Part shown: positions 11,101 to 20,407 of the stretch, piece by piece
Position numbering within the stretch: position 1 is the first letter of the stretch
Layout of the letters: the number at the start of each line of letters is the position of its first letter
Sequence record: DRR378314_524
Strand: one strand, 5' to 3'
Length of the DNA stretch: 50,841 bases
Program-made: the position numbers and the translations under genes
Notes under the pieces: model-generated
What the model was told of the DNA's origin: nothing
Databases searched by the model: none
The model's input: only the letters and a program-made list of their open reading frames with translations

Positions 11101-11114
11101 TTGACCCAAGTCAA
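11101..11114. promoter_or_regulatory. FNR/FixK box upstream of ccoN
   Basis: TTGAC-CCAA-GTCAA (extends to ATTGAC-N4-GTCAAT) matches TTGA-N6-TCAA, about 112 bp upstream of the ccoN start. Confidence 0.85.
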
Positions 11115-11190
11115 TCCGCTCAGACTTAAAACCGTTTTCGGTTCGCACTCAAAGTACGTGCCTCACGTTAAAGTACTATTCGATTAACCC

Positions 11191-12540
11191 TCAAATGGCA
11201 CGAGAATGTTTTCCCACACCACGGCCCATATATGTATCAAAAACAGCACATATTGTTCGGACCAAGAAACGGCCTTCTTCCGTTACCTCTATTTGTTTTC
11301 CTTGAATATTCACCAGTCCATCCACTTTAAAATTCTCAAGTTTACTTAATTCAGTTTTGAAGTAGTCCTGAGAAATACTATGGCGCTCAAGAATTTTGGC
11401 AAGGTCAACGGACAAATTACACATCAAAGTTTCGATAACATCACGGCGTAATATGTCTTCAGCCGTCACCTCTAACGCTTTGGCAATTGGAAAGGCACCG
11501 GCTTTAGCGGCTCGCTTATATTCGGGTGTACTCACAACATTCTGGGTGTAACCCTGCGGCAATCTGCCAATAGCGGACGCGCCGATCCCGATTAGCGCGG
11601 CGGCGTCATCAGTTGTATAGCCCTGGAAATTTCGCTTCAGATTATTGTCTGACAGCGCAACAGCCATTGGATCGGTCGGGCTTGCAAAATGATCGAGCCC
11701 GATCATAACATATCCCAACGACTTCAAGTGATCGGCCGCGACCGTTGCTTGCTCCACCCTGGCTTTCACCTGGGGAAGGGCTTCGTCGCGGATCATCTTC
11801 ATGTGTGTCTTCATCCAGGGAACATGGGCGTAGCCAAAAAGGGCAACCCGCCCGGGCTTGAGTTGATGAGACAGATCAATTGTTCGCTTTACATCATCCG
11901 TTGTCTGCAATGGCAAACCATACATCAGATCAAAATTAAGCTGGGTAATCCCCTCATTCCAAAGGTTATCAACCACCTCTTTGGTCAATTCAAAAGACTG
12001 CACCCGGTTAATAGCCGCTTGAACGTCTGGATTAAAATCCTGAATACCAAGGCTGGCTCGGTTAATCCCAGCCTCGGCAAGGGCTTTGATTTTTGCGGCA
12101 TTCGCCGTGCGCGGATCGATCTCAATTGCCCGCTCTGCGTCTGGCGTATATTCAAATCCGTCCCTCAACAGCGCCATGATGGATGTGAAATCTTCAGCAG
12201 ACAATATACTGGGTGTGCCGCCGCCCCAATGAACATGAGACAACTTAAATCGACCAGGTAATATGCCGATCAGCTTTTTCAGCTCCTGTCGCATGGCATT
12301 GGCGTAGTCTCCAATAGGTTCGTACTTCTTTGTCACTTTGGTATGACAACCGCAGTACCAGCACATTTCCCGGCAAAACGGCACGTGGAAATAGAGAGAA
12401 AGTGGTTGATCCGGATCTAATTCGGCCAACCATTTCTCATAAAATCCGGCATCTGTTACTGGCTGGAAATGCGGTGCCGTCGGATAGCTGGTATAGCGGG
12501 GAACTGGCGCGCTGTATTTTTCCGCGAGAGCTGTAACCAT
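11191..12540 (-). CDS. hemN: Oxygen-independent coproporphyrinogen III oxidase (radical SAM)
   Basis: PRYTSYPTA, CREMCWYC (CxxxCxxC), GGGTP, GLDHFA and RNFQGY motifs. Confidence 0.96.
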   Translation of the reverse strand: MVTALAEKYSAPVPRYTSYPTAPHFQPVTDAGFYEKWLAELDPDQPLSLYFHVPFCREMCWYCGCHTKVTKKYEPIGDYANAMRQELKKLIGILPGRFKLSHVHWGGGTPSILSAEDFTSIMALLRDGFEYTPDAERAIEIDPRTANAAKIKALAEAGINRASLGIQDFNPDVQAAINRVQSFELTKEVVDNLWNEGITQLNFDLMYGLPLQTTDDVKRTIDLSHQLKPGRVALFGYAHVPWMKTHMKMIRDEALPQVKARVEQATVAADHLKSLGYVMIGLDHFASPTDPMAVALSDNNLKRNFQGYTTDDAAALIGIGASAIGRLPQGYTQNVVSTPEYKRAAKAGAFPIAKALEVTAEDILRRDVIETLMCNLSVDLAKILERHSISQDYFKTELSKLENFKVDGLVNIQGKQIEVTEEGRFLVRTICAVFDTYMGRGVGKHSRAI

Positions 12541-12565
12541 AATTTACCTCTAGCTCTAAAATAGG

Positions 12566-13357
12566 CTACTCGTCACTGTTGGCCTGCACCCGGAGTTCAT
12601 CCAGGTCGCAGATCTTCACATCCTGAGAGGTTTTTAATGCAATCAGGTTACTTTTTTTCAATTTGGTAAACGTCCGGCTAACCGTTTCAATCGTCAGTCC
12701 AAGGAAATCTGCGATATCCACCCGGCTCATGGGCAATTGGATTTCCACCTCATTGATTTCTGTGCCCAGACCATTGCGCTCAATATGGCGTTCAGCCCGA
12801 TCCAGCAGGAAATTGGCAATTTTCTCAACCGGTGTTTTACGGCCCAGCAACAGCATCTGATCTTGCAGATCAATTACCTCTGCCTGCATCATTTCCATCA
12901 AACGACCCTGAACTTCGGTAAAGTCTGCCAGTGATTTATTCAAGCCCGCCAGTGAAAACTGACAAATGATAACATCATCAATGGCCTCTGCATCTGCTGT
13001 ATAGCGACCTTTGGTGCTCAGCCCTAAAAAATCACCTTGTGATTTGAAACCAGTGATTTGGCGGCGACCATCGTCTAACATACGCGACAATCTGACTTCG
13101 CCCGAAACAACCGTATAAAAGGCAGACGCTTCGTCATATTCGCTGTACAGGGCCTGCCCCGCATCAATTTTCCGGTGCGTACTGTTTGATCCGAAGGCTG
13201 CCAGTTCGTCTCCATCGAGTTTGGAACATAACGCATAAGCATGTGCCGAACAGTTTTCACAATAGTTTGTCTTGGATTTGCTAAGCCCACAGCCATACCG
13301 GCGACTATCCAGCTTATCATTTAACATGTTGTTAGATGTAACCCCGGTTACCATCAC
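12566..13357 (-). CDS. fnrL: O2-sensing Crp/Fnr family regulator (FnrL/FnrN type)
   Basis: N-terminal C-x2-C-x7-C (CENCSAHAYALC) plus a fourth Cys in VIIC; HTH with DIADFLGLTIETVSR. The start may be the ATG at 13354. Confidence 0.85.
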   Translation of the reverse strand: MMVTGVTSNNMLNDKLDSRRYGCGLSKSKTNYCENCSAHAYALCSKLDGDELAAFGSNSTHRKIDAGQALYSEYDEASAFYTVVSGEVRLSRMLDDGRRQITGFKSQGDFLGLSTKGRYTADAEAIDDVIICQFSLAGLNKSLADFTEVQGRLMEMMQAEVIDLQDQMLLLGRKTPVEKIANFLLDRAERHIERNGLGTEINEVEIQLPMSRVDIADFLGLTIETVSRTFTKLKKSNLIALKTSQDVKICDLDELRVQANSDE

Positions 13358-13507
13358 TCCATCCCCTTATTCTAGCTTCTCCACACCTAAGATAATGCGC
13401 AAACCCCTTAAAGGGAACCATGTGGTAGGTTGTCGCAGGGATTTACCGGAAAACTGTAATATCCTCCGAACAGTCTTTTTTCTCTTTTAAAAGCAACGAG
13501 TTAAAAC

Positions 13508-13551
13508 AAAAAAGCAGGAGAAAAGCGTCAAATTGACGCACTCCCTCCTGC
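13508..13551 (-). terminator. Rho-independent terminator after the acyl-CoA dehydrogenase pair
   Basis: Outer stem GCAGGAG/CTCCTGC and inner stem GCGTCA/TGACGC, followed by a T6 run on the minus strand. Confidence 0.75.
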
Positions 13552-13582
13552 CGGGTTGCTTCAAGACAAAATCCGAAGCTGA

Positions 13583-15370
13583 TCAGAGCTGCAATAAATC
13601 TGTCGCCTCTTCCAATGTGACAGGGGCATCGCTGAGCAACCGGTTCCCTGCCTCCACCTCAAATGCTGTTTCACTGACAACAAGTGGATCTGATGGCCTT
13701 AAATGGTGATCACATACAAAACGGGCTAGCAGCAGACGCCGTGCATCTTTGCCTTGGCGGCCCAGTATCGCGCCTTCTTCTGCAAAAAGTGTTGCTGTCG
13801 TTGCGTGATAAAGGGCGTTGGACGCCTGGCGAGCCAAGGTTTCATTTTCAGTTTGGGCAACTTCATCAGCAAAATCCCTGGCCCGATCGACAAGAGCGGC
13901 CATTTCACCGGCAAATTGGCCAGGCACACCGTCGGTTTTGGTCAGTCGGTTCTTTAAATCTTCAGCCAGATCATTATGCGCACCGACCTGACCCACTGCA
14001 CGAGTGGTGATATCCAACGCATTAATGTTGGACGTTCCCTCCCAAAGCAGACCTGTATAGGCATCCCTGACCAGACGTGAATTGACCCAATCTTCGATAA
14101 AACCATTACCGCCTCTGATCTCCAGGGCGCCGCCAGCAACATCGATATTATCCCGACACGTTCGGAATTTGAGAAGCGGGGTCAGAATTCGATTCAATCG
14201 TTCAGCCGCTTTATCGCCCTGATTACTCTTATGCAATTGCAAAGCAACATTCAGGAACATGGACAAAGCCTGCTCGGTTGGAACCATCATTTTCAAAAGC
14301 TGACGCCTCAGAAGTGGTTTTTCCAAAATCGGCTCACCAAAGACTTCCCGGTTTTGCGCCGTTACCAAAGCTTCATTCAAGCACCGCCGCATCATACCGG
14401 CAGCCCGCACCCCATGGGACAGGCGCGACATCACAACCTGGTCCATCATCTGGCGAAGGCCCGGGTTTTTCTTCGCCCCGACGTCCCCAAACGCATATCC
14501 AACGGCGCCCTCAAACTTGGCTTCGCCGGAGGCCATGGATTTGGTCCCCATTTTATCCTTGAGACGGACAAATCGGTATTTATTCCGGCTTCCATCCTCC
14601 AGATGGCGGGGAACTGCAAATATGGCAAGGCCGGAATTCCCGGATGGTGCCCCCTCAGGACGCGCCAAAACCAGCGCGACTTCCGCACCCGCACAGGAAC
14701 AGAACCATTTATCCCCATACAGCCGCCACTGACCATCTTCAAAACGTGCGGTCACTTCCAGATTTGCAACCTCTGAGCCGCCCACTTTTTCTGTCATAAA
14801 CTGGGCACCCATATGGATTTCGTCCATATTCTGGCTCAGCATCTGCCACCCAAACTTGTCCATAGCCTCTTTAGGGCCATGCTTTTCAAGCAATCCATAA
14901 GATGTATCTGTCACAGAAATCGGACACATCAATCCAAATTCCGACTGCACGAACAGGTAAGTGAAAATATATTTCGCCATAGGCGGGATTTTCTCAGGCC
15001 ATCCATGCACACCCGGTTTATGGGACATGCAATGAATTCCAAAATCCCCATAGGCGATTTTTTCCATTTCCCGATAGGCCGGATGAAATTCAATCCATTC
15101 CTCGTCTTTTCCCCGGGCATTCCGCGGATGAAGAACCGGTGGATGACGTTCGGATGTTCTGGCCAGCTCATCAAGTCGGTTGCCAACAACCTCGCCCAGT
15201 TTCTGGTAGACAGGCGTCATATGTTCACGCAGGTCCTTGGGCAGATACACCTCCATCAGATTTTGAAGGCTGGTATCAATTTCAAAGAAATTTAGACCGT
15301 GACAGTCCGGAGCAACCCAATCTTCAAGTTTCCGATCCGCACGGTCTTTGAGGCTATTGGCAAAAAACAT
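13583..15370 (-). CDS. AidB-like acyl-CoA dehydrogenase (copy 2)
   Basis: GAQFMTEKVGGSE, KWFCS, RLKDKMGTKSMASGE, GGNGFIE and catalytic WEGTSN. Confidence 0.9.
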   Translation of the reverse strand: MFFANSLKDRADRKLEDWVAPDCHGLNFFEIDTSLQNLMEVYLPKDLREHMTPVYQKLGEVVGNRLDELARTSERHPPVLHPRNARGKDEEWIEFHPAYREMEKIAYGDFGIHCMSHKPGVHGWPEKIPPMAKYIFTYLFVQSEFGLMCPISVTDTSYGLLEKHGPKEAMDKFGWQMLSQNMDEIHMGAQFMTEKVGGSEVANLEVTARFEDGQWRLYGDKWFCSCAGAEVALVLARPEGAPSGNSGLAIFAVPRHLEDGSRNKYRFVRLKDKMGTKSMASGEAKFEGAVGYAFGDVGAKKNPGLRQMMDQVVMSRLSHGVRAAGMMRRCLNEALVTAQNREVFGEPILEKPLLRRQLLKMMVPTEQALSMFLNVALQLHKSNQGDKAAERLNRILTPLLKFRTCRDNIDVAGGALEIRGGNGFIEDWVNSRLVRDAYTGLLWEGTSNINALDITTRAVGQVGAHNDLAEDLKNRLTKTDGVPGQFAGEMAALVDRARDFADEVAQTENETLARQASNALYHATTATLFAEEGAILGRQGKDARRLLLARFVCDHHLRPSDPLVVSETAFEVEAGNRLLSDAPVTLEEATDLLQL

Positions 15371-15387
15371 GATGTTTCCCTAGTTTC

Positions 15388-17178
15388 TTATTTTGACAGA
15401 ATTTCTTTGGCTTGATCCAGTGAAACATGCCCTTCCAGCAGAAGTGCATCACCTGCCAAACGATCAAATTCTCCGCTTTCCATGGAAAACGGATCTTCCG
15501 ATCCCAGCCGACGATCAACAATCATCCGCGACAGGAGCAACCGGCTGGCATCTCCGCCGGCGGCACCAGTTTTGGCACCCTCTGTCGCCATCAGGCTCGC
15601 CGTCACTGTGTGATAAAGAGCACTCGAAGCTTTACGCGCCAATGTTTCCTTACCTTCCTTGGCAACCTGATCGGCATAAGATACAGCGCGATCAACCAAT
15701 CCTTTTAACTGTCCCGCAAACTGGCCTGGCATCGCTGTTTCAGAATCCAGCATGTCATTAACTGCAACTCCCAAAGCTTCATGTGCGCCAGATTTGGCCA
15801 CCGCCCGGTTAATCACGTCCAGAGAGTTAATGTTTGACGTGCCTTCCCACAGAACACCCAGATGAGCATCGCGAACCAATTTCGCATTCACCCAATCCTC
15901 AATATAACCGTTGCCACCGCGAACTTCCATCGCACCGGTTGCAACCTTCACATTGTCACGGGCTGTCCGATATTTCAGAAGCGGGGTAAGGATCCGGGTC
16001 ACTTTGGCCGCATCGCTATCTCCGGCGTCGCCTTTTTCCATCATGACGGCTGTATACATATACATGGACAGTGCCTGTTCCGTTGGCACCATCAGTTTCA
16101 GCAGTTGCCGGCGAAGCAACGGCTTATCGATCAGTTTGCTGCCGAACGCCCGGCGATAACCGGACACCATCAGGGCTTCATTCAGACAACGACGCATCAT
16201 CGCCGCTGCCCGCACGCCGTGTGACAAGCGGGACATGTTCACCTGATCCATCATCATCTTAAGGCCACGATTAGCCTGTGCACCAACCTCACCCAGCGGG
16301 TATACGGTTGCGCCGTCAAAGATAATTTCCCCTGACGCCATGGAGCGGGACCCCATTTTCTCTTTCAGGCGTACAATGCGATAGGCATTGCGGCTGCCAT
16401 CCTGCAAATTACGGGGCAACGCAAAAAGCCCAAGTCCAGCATTTCCAGCAGGCGCACCCTCTGGACGAGCCAACAACAAAACCACATCTGCATCAGCGCA
16501 AGAGCAGAACCACTTTTCACCATGAAGTGTCCAGGACCCATCTTCACCCTGCTTGGCAGTCAAGGCGATATTGGACACATCGGAACCACCCGTTTTTTCC
16601 GTCATGAACTGTCCGCCTTTCAGCATCTGATCCACGTCCTGTGTCACCATCCGGTCGAACAGTAGTCCGCGTGTCTCCTCATCAGCATACCGGTCAATCA
16701 ACATCGCTGTCGTTTCCGTAGCGGAGATTGGACATAGTTGGCCAAATTCAGACTGACCAAACAGATACTGGAATACATATTTCGCAATTGGCGGAACTTT
16801 TGCATCCCACCCCAAGACACCAGGCCGGTTTGTCATGGCATGTAATCCAAACTGGCCAAAAGCGACCTGCTCCATATTGCGGTAGGACTGGTGAAATTCA
16901 ATCCAGTCCTCGTCCCGTCCACGGGCATCGCGAGAATGCAGAATAGGCTGATGCTTGTCTGACTGCCGTGACCAGTCATCCAGCTCATTGCCAGAAATCT
17001 GACCCAGCTTTTGATAATGTGGCGTCATATGGTCTTTCAGGGCTTGTGGCATATACACATCCAAAAGGCCCTGAAGCGATTTATCAACTTCAAAGAAATT
17101 CAGGCCGTGGCAATCTGGGGCAAGCCAGTCTGACAGGCTTTGGGGGCTAAATTCTGCACTACTCTGGTAAAAAGTCAT
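15388..17178 (-). CDS. AidB-like acyl-CoA dehydrogenase (copy 1)
   Basis: GGQFMTEKTGGSD, KWFCS, RLKEKMGSRSMASGE, GGNGYIE and WEGTSN. Confidence 0.9.
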   Translation of the reverse strand: MTFYQSSAEFSPQSLSDWLAPDCHGLNFFEVDKSLQGLLDVYMPQALKDHMTPHYQKLGQISGNELDDWSRQSDKHQPILHSRDARGRDEDWIEFHQSYRNMEQVAFGQFGLHAMTNRPGVLGWDAKVPPIAKYVFQYLFGQSEFGQLCPISATETTAMLIDRYADEETRGLLFDRMVTQDVDQMLKGGQFMTEKTGGSDVSNIALTAKQGEDGSWTLHGEKWFCSCADADVVLLLARPEGAPAGNAGLGLFALPRNLQDGSRNAYRIVRLKEKMGSRSMASGEIIFDGATVYPLGEVGAQANRGLKMMMDQVNMSRLSHGVRAAAMMRRCLNEALMVSGYRRAFGSKLIDKPLLRRQLLKLMVPTEQALSMYMYTAVMMEKGDAGDSDAAKVTRILTPLLKYRTARDNVKVATGAMEVRGGNGYIEDWVNAKLVRDAHLGVLWEGTSNINSLDVINRAVAKSGAHEALGVAVNDMLDSETAMPGQFAGQLKGLVDRAVSYADQVAKEGKETLARKASSALYHTVTASLMATEGAKTGAAGGDASRLLLSRMIVDRRLGSEDPFSMESGEFDRLAGDALLLEGHVSLDQAKEILSK

Positions 17179-17273
17179 CGCGTTTCCACACTCCTCTTAG
17201 GGGAATTTCATTGATTACTGAGAGTGTGATTGAAACACCCCTTATAGACAAACGATAAATCTTCCATATATAA

Positions 17274-17288
17274 TTGATTAAAACTCAA
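17274..17288. promoter_or_regulatory. Putative LysR recognition site
   Basis: Palindrome TTGA-TTAAAAC-TCAA containing T-N11-A, in the divergent intergenic region just upstream of the LysR gene. Confidence 0.55.
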
Positions 17289-17305
17289 GTGAAAGGCTGC
17301 ATAAT

Positions 17306-18196
17306 ATGCTGGTAATTCCCTCAATATCAGGGCTTAGAGCGTTCGAAGCCTCCGCCCGTTACTTGAGCTTCAATCAGGCTGCAGAGGAACTAAATGTAAC
17401 GCCAGGAGCTATCAGTCGGCAAATCCAGTCGCTAGAAGATTTTTTGGGCAAATCTCTGTTTCACAGGTCCCATCGGAAAGTCACCTTAACTGCAGTCGGC
17501 CGGCAATATCTGTCGGAAATCGCCCCGTCACTCCAGAAAATTTCTGCGGCGTCCCAGCGCCTGAAAAGCGAACCACGTCGAAACAAAATCGCCATCTGCG
17601 CCTATCCCACCTTTGCTATTCGATGGCTTATTCCCCGCTGGGCGGCTCTGCATGAAGCTTTTCCAGACATGGACATTCAATTGACAACCTCTTTAAATCC
17701 GGCGGATTTTGAAGATGAAAGTTTTGATATTTCCCTGCAGGTCCTGCAGGAAGGAACAGAACGCAAAGGATACCAGATTGACAAGCTGTTGGAGGTCGCG
17801 ACCTATCCGGTTTGCAACCCTGAACTTGCCAAGCGAATAAAAAAGCCCGCCGATCTTGCAACCATCAATTTACTTCATGAAAGCCCCCGCCCCACTGACT
17901 GGCCCCGTTGGCTAAAAGTAGCGGGCATTGACTCTGTAGACGGAAACAAGGGATTGAATTTCGAAAGCGCCGATATGGCATTGCATGCTGCCATCGAAGG
18001 GGTAGGCGTAGCCATCGGCATAGATGCCCTTATCGAAGAAGATGTGGCTAAAGGCCGACTGGTGAAACTGTTTGACCTGCCCCGTCTGTCGCGCTTCCCC
18101 TTTCAGATCGTCACCCCGATCCGTAGCCTGTCCAATCCGCGTTTGGTTGAACTTCGCAACTGGCTGATTACAGAGGGAATGGGCAGCGCTCCCTAG
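17306..18196 (+). CDS. LysR family regulator, GcvA-like
   Basis: HTH LRAFEASARYLSFNQAAEELNVTPGAISRQIQSLE; PTFAIRWLIPR and AAIEGVGVA. Confidence 0.93.
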   Translation: MLVIPSISGLRAFEASARYLSFNQAAEELNVTPGAISRQIQSLEDFLGKSLFHRSHRKVTLTAVGRQYLSEIAPSLQKISAASQRLKSEPRRNKIAICAYPTFAIRWLIPRWAALHEAFPDMDIQLTTSLNPADFEDESFDISLQVLQEGTERKGYQIDKLLEVATYPVCNPELAKRIKKPADLATINLLHESPRPTDWPRWLKVAGIDSVDGNKGLNFESADMALHAAIEGVGVAIGIDALIEEDVAKGRLVKLFDLPRLSRFPFQIVTPIRSLSNPRLVELRNWLITEGMGSAP

Positions 18197-18281
18197 TCAA
18201 AACCTATCCACCCTGATATAAACCCAGCTAACAAGAGTTAAAAATACTGATGTCGGTCCGAGCAAACTTCATAGGTCATTC

Positions 18282-18926
18282 ATGAAAGCCCTTATTATCC
18301 CGGTCACTCCTTTCGCCCAGAACTGTTCTTTGATCTGGTGCGAAGAAACGAACAAAGCTGCCATTATCGATCCTGGTGGGGACCTGGATCACATTCTGAA
18401 AGCCGTTGAAGATCAGGGTGTGGAAATCGAAAAAATCCTGATTACTCATGGTCATCTTGATCATGCAGGCGGTACTGAGGAACTGCGCCAGCGGTTAAAA
18501 GTTCCCGTTGAAGGCCCGCATGAAGCTGACAAATTCTGGATTGATCAACTCCCCACTCAATGCGCCCGATATGGGTGGCCACCCTCTTATGCATTTACAC
18601 CGGATAGGTGGTTGAATGATGGTGATACCGTCACCGTTGGAAATGTGCAGATGGACGTTGTTCATTGCCCTGGACACACCCCCGGCCATGTGGTTTTCAT
18701 CAGCAAAACGGATCGGGTTGCCATCGTCGGTGACGTGCTGTTTCAAGGATCAATTGGCCGGACAGATTTCCCGATGGGCAACCATGAAGATCTGATCAAT
18801 TCCATCCGGGACAAGCTTTGGCCCTACGGCGATGATATTGCCTTCATTCCTGGTCATGGAAATATGTCCACCTTTGGACAGGAACGGCAATCCAACCCAT
18901 TTGTGTCTGATCTCAATTTTGGTTAG
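18282..18926 (+). CDS. Metallo-beta-lactamase-fold hydrolase (YcbL/GloC-like)
   Basis: THGHLDH, PGHTPGH, GDVLF.GSIGRTD and PGHG motifs. Confidence 0.92.
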   Translation: MKALIIPVTPFAQNCSLIWCEETNKAAIIDPGGDLDHILKAVEDQGVEIEKILITHGHLDHAGGTEELRQRLKVPVEGPHEADKFWIDQLPTQCARYGWPPSYAFTPDRWLNDGDTVTVGNVQMDVVHCPGHTPGHVVFISKTDRVAIVGDVLFQGSIGRTDFPMGNHEDLINSIRDKLWPYGDDIAFIPGHGNMSTFGQERQSNPFVSDLNFG

Positions 18927-20317
18927 GCGGATCGCTTAATCGACCAGACCTCAACAGGTTCCTTACGTCCGCGAATATCCTGACAGCCTGCCGGCTGATA
19001 CTGCAAATCAGTGGCCAGTTCCTCTCCGGCACCGAGGATAACAGCTTCGCTGGCAACGATGGCAGCTTCCATTGACCGGGTAATAGCTTCCAGGCGGCTA
19101 GCCACATTGACCACATCCCCCAGCACCGCATATTCAAGGCGCCGCTCCGACCCGATATCACCGAGGATCACATCACCGCAATGCATTCCCACGGAAAGCT
19201 TGACCGGTGCCTGATTATTCGCCGCCCGCTGCAAATTCCAGTCGGCGATACTTTTTTGCATTTCAACCGCACATTTCAAGGCATTTTCAGCATCCTGCGG
19301 TGTTGTATTAGGCGTTCCGAACGTAATCATCAGGCCATCACCCAGAAATTTATCCAAGGTTCCCTTATGCTCAAAAACAACCTTTTCCATTCGCTTGTGA
19401 AATTCCCGCAAGAACGCAACAACACGTTCAGGGCTTTCCTGTTCCGCCATTTTGGTAAAGCCGACGATATCAACGAACATTACCACGACGGGTTGTTCCT
19501 TGACCTCGCCCAAAGGGTCATTGGTTTCCGCCAAATGATTGACCATACTCGGTGCGAAATAGCGAGCCAGATTAGCTCTTTCTCTGGCCGCATCAGCCTG
19601 CCGCTCCAAAAGCCGGTTAGATCGCCACATATTCAGTGACAGAGTACCGCAGACAATCACGAAAACCACGACTTCCTGAACCCGGCTATGCCAGACCAGA
19701 TTATCAAGTGACACCTGCTCCAGAATGTTAGGATAATCCGCCAGCAAAACCTTGATTTGCGTATTGATTTCCGGAAGAACATCTGGCTGGTAGGTCGCCC
19801 ACCAAAATAACGCCCCCCAAATAATGACAGTATACCAGGCAACAGCGAACATCGTTCGCCATGAATAAATCAGGGTCGCGCCCGCCAAGATGACATAAAA
19901 ATAGGGGAAATTTCCCCATTTATACTGCAGCGCGACCGACCAGGTTTCATCCATAAAAGGATTTGGCACCCCAACCGTGATCGCCATCAGTGTGAGATCA
20001 GCAAATAGCAGCAGAAGCTCTTTTCGGGATCGGGCAACCCGCCCGATTTTCAGTTGAAAATAACCGTTCAGCATGAACAGGGCGATCAGGCCGTGATAAT
20101 AAAGAACACTCCAGTCACCAACCAGAAAGGTCGCCAAAATGGCAATTGCAATCAAGGCAATAAATCTGGCCCTAACGGCCAGCTGCAATCCTTCTCGCTT
20201 GTTTGTGGTCAGAGCGTCTTTGAGATACTGGTTCTCAATGTCATTTTCATCAACAATATAACGGCCGAGCTTCTCCCTCTCGGTCATCGCTGCCGATTTC
20301 ATGGAGACATCAGCCAT
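18923..20317 (-). CDS. Membrane-bound class III adenylate/guanylate cyclase
   Basis: About 6 N-terminal TM segments; FVDIVGFT, DKFLGDG and GDVVNVASRLE catalytic motifs. Confidence 0.92.
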   Translation of the reverse strand: MADVSMKSAAMTEREKLGRYIVDENDIENQYLKDALTTNKREGLQLAVRARFIALIAIAILATFLVGDWSVLYYHGLIALFMLNGYFQLKIGRVARSRKELLLLFADLTLMAITVGVPNPFMDETWSVALQYKWGNFPYFYVILAGATLIYSWRTMFAVAWYTVIIWGALFWWATYQPDVLPEINTQIKVLLADYPNILEQVSLDNLVWHSRVQEVVVFVIVCGTLSLNMWRSNRLLERQADAARERANLARYFAPSMVNHLAETNDPLGEVKEQPVVVMFVDIVGFTKMAEQESPERVVAFLREFHKRMEKVVFEHKGTLDKFLGDGLMITFGTPNTTPQDAENALKCAVEMQKSIADWNLQRAANNQAPVKLSVGMHCGDVILGDIGSERRLEYAVLGDVVNVASRLEAITRSMEAAIVASEAVILGAGEELATDLQYQPAGCQDIRGRKEPVEVWSIKRSA

Positions 20318-20407
20318 GGCACCCCTCGTGTCAGTATGGTGAGAGTTGAATTGACCTTTTATATAAGGGCTCTTTCACATATTTTCCAAAGAAAAATAAA
20401 AGCCTGA

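Noticed and set aside
17274..17288. TTGA...TCAA as a possible FNR box
   Set aside because: The spacer is 7 nt rather than 6; it fits a LysR T-N11-A site better.
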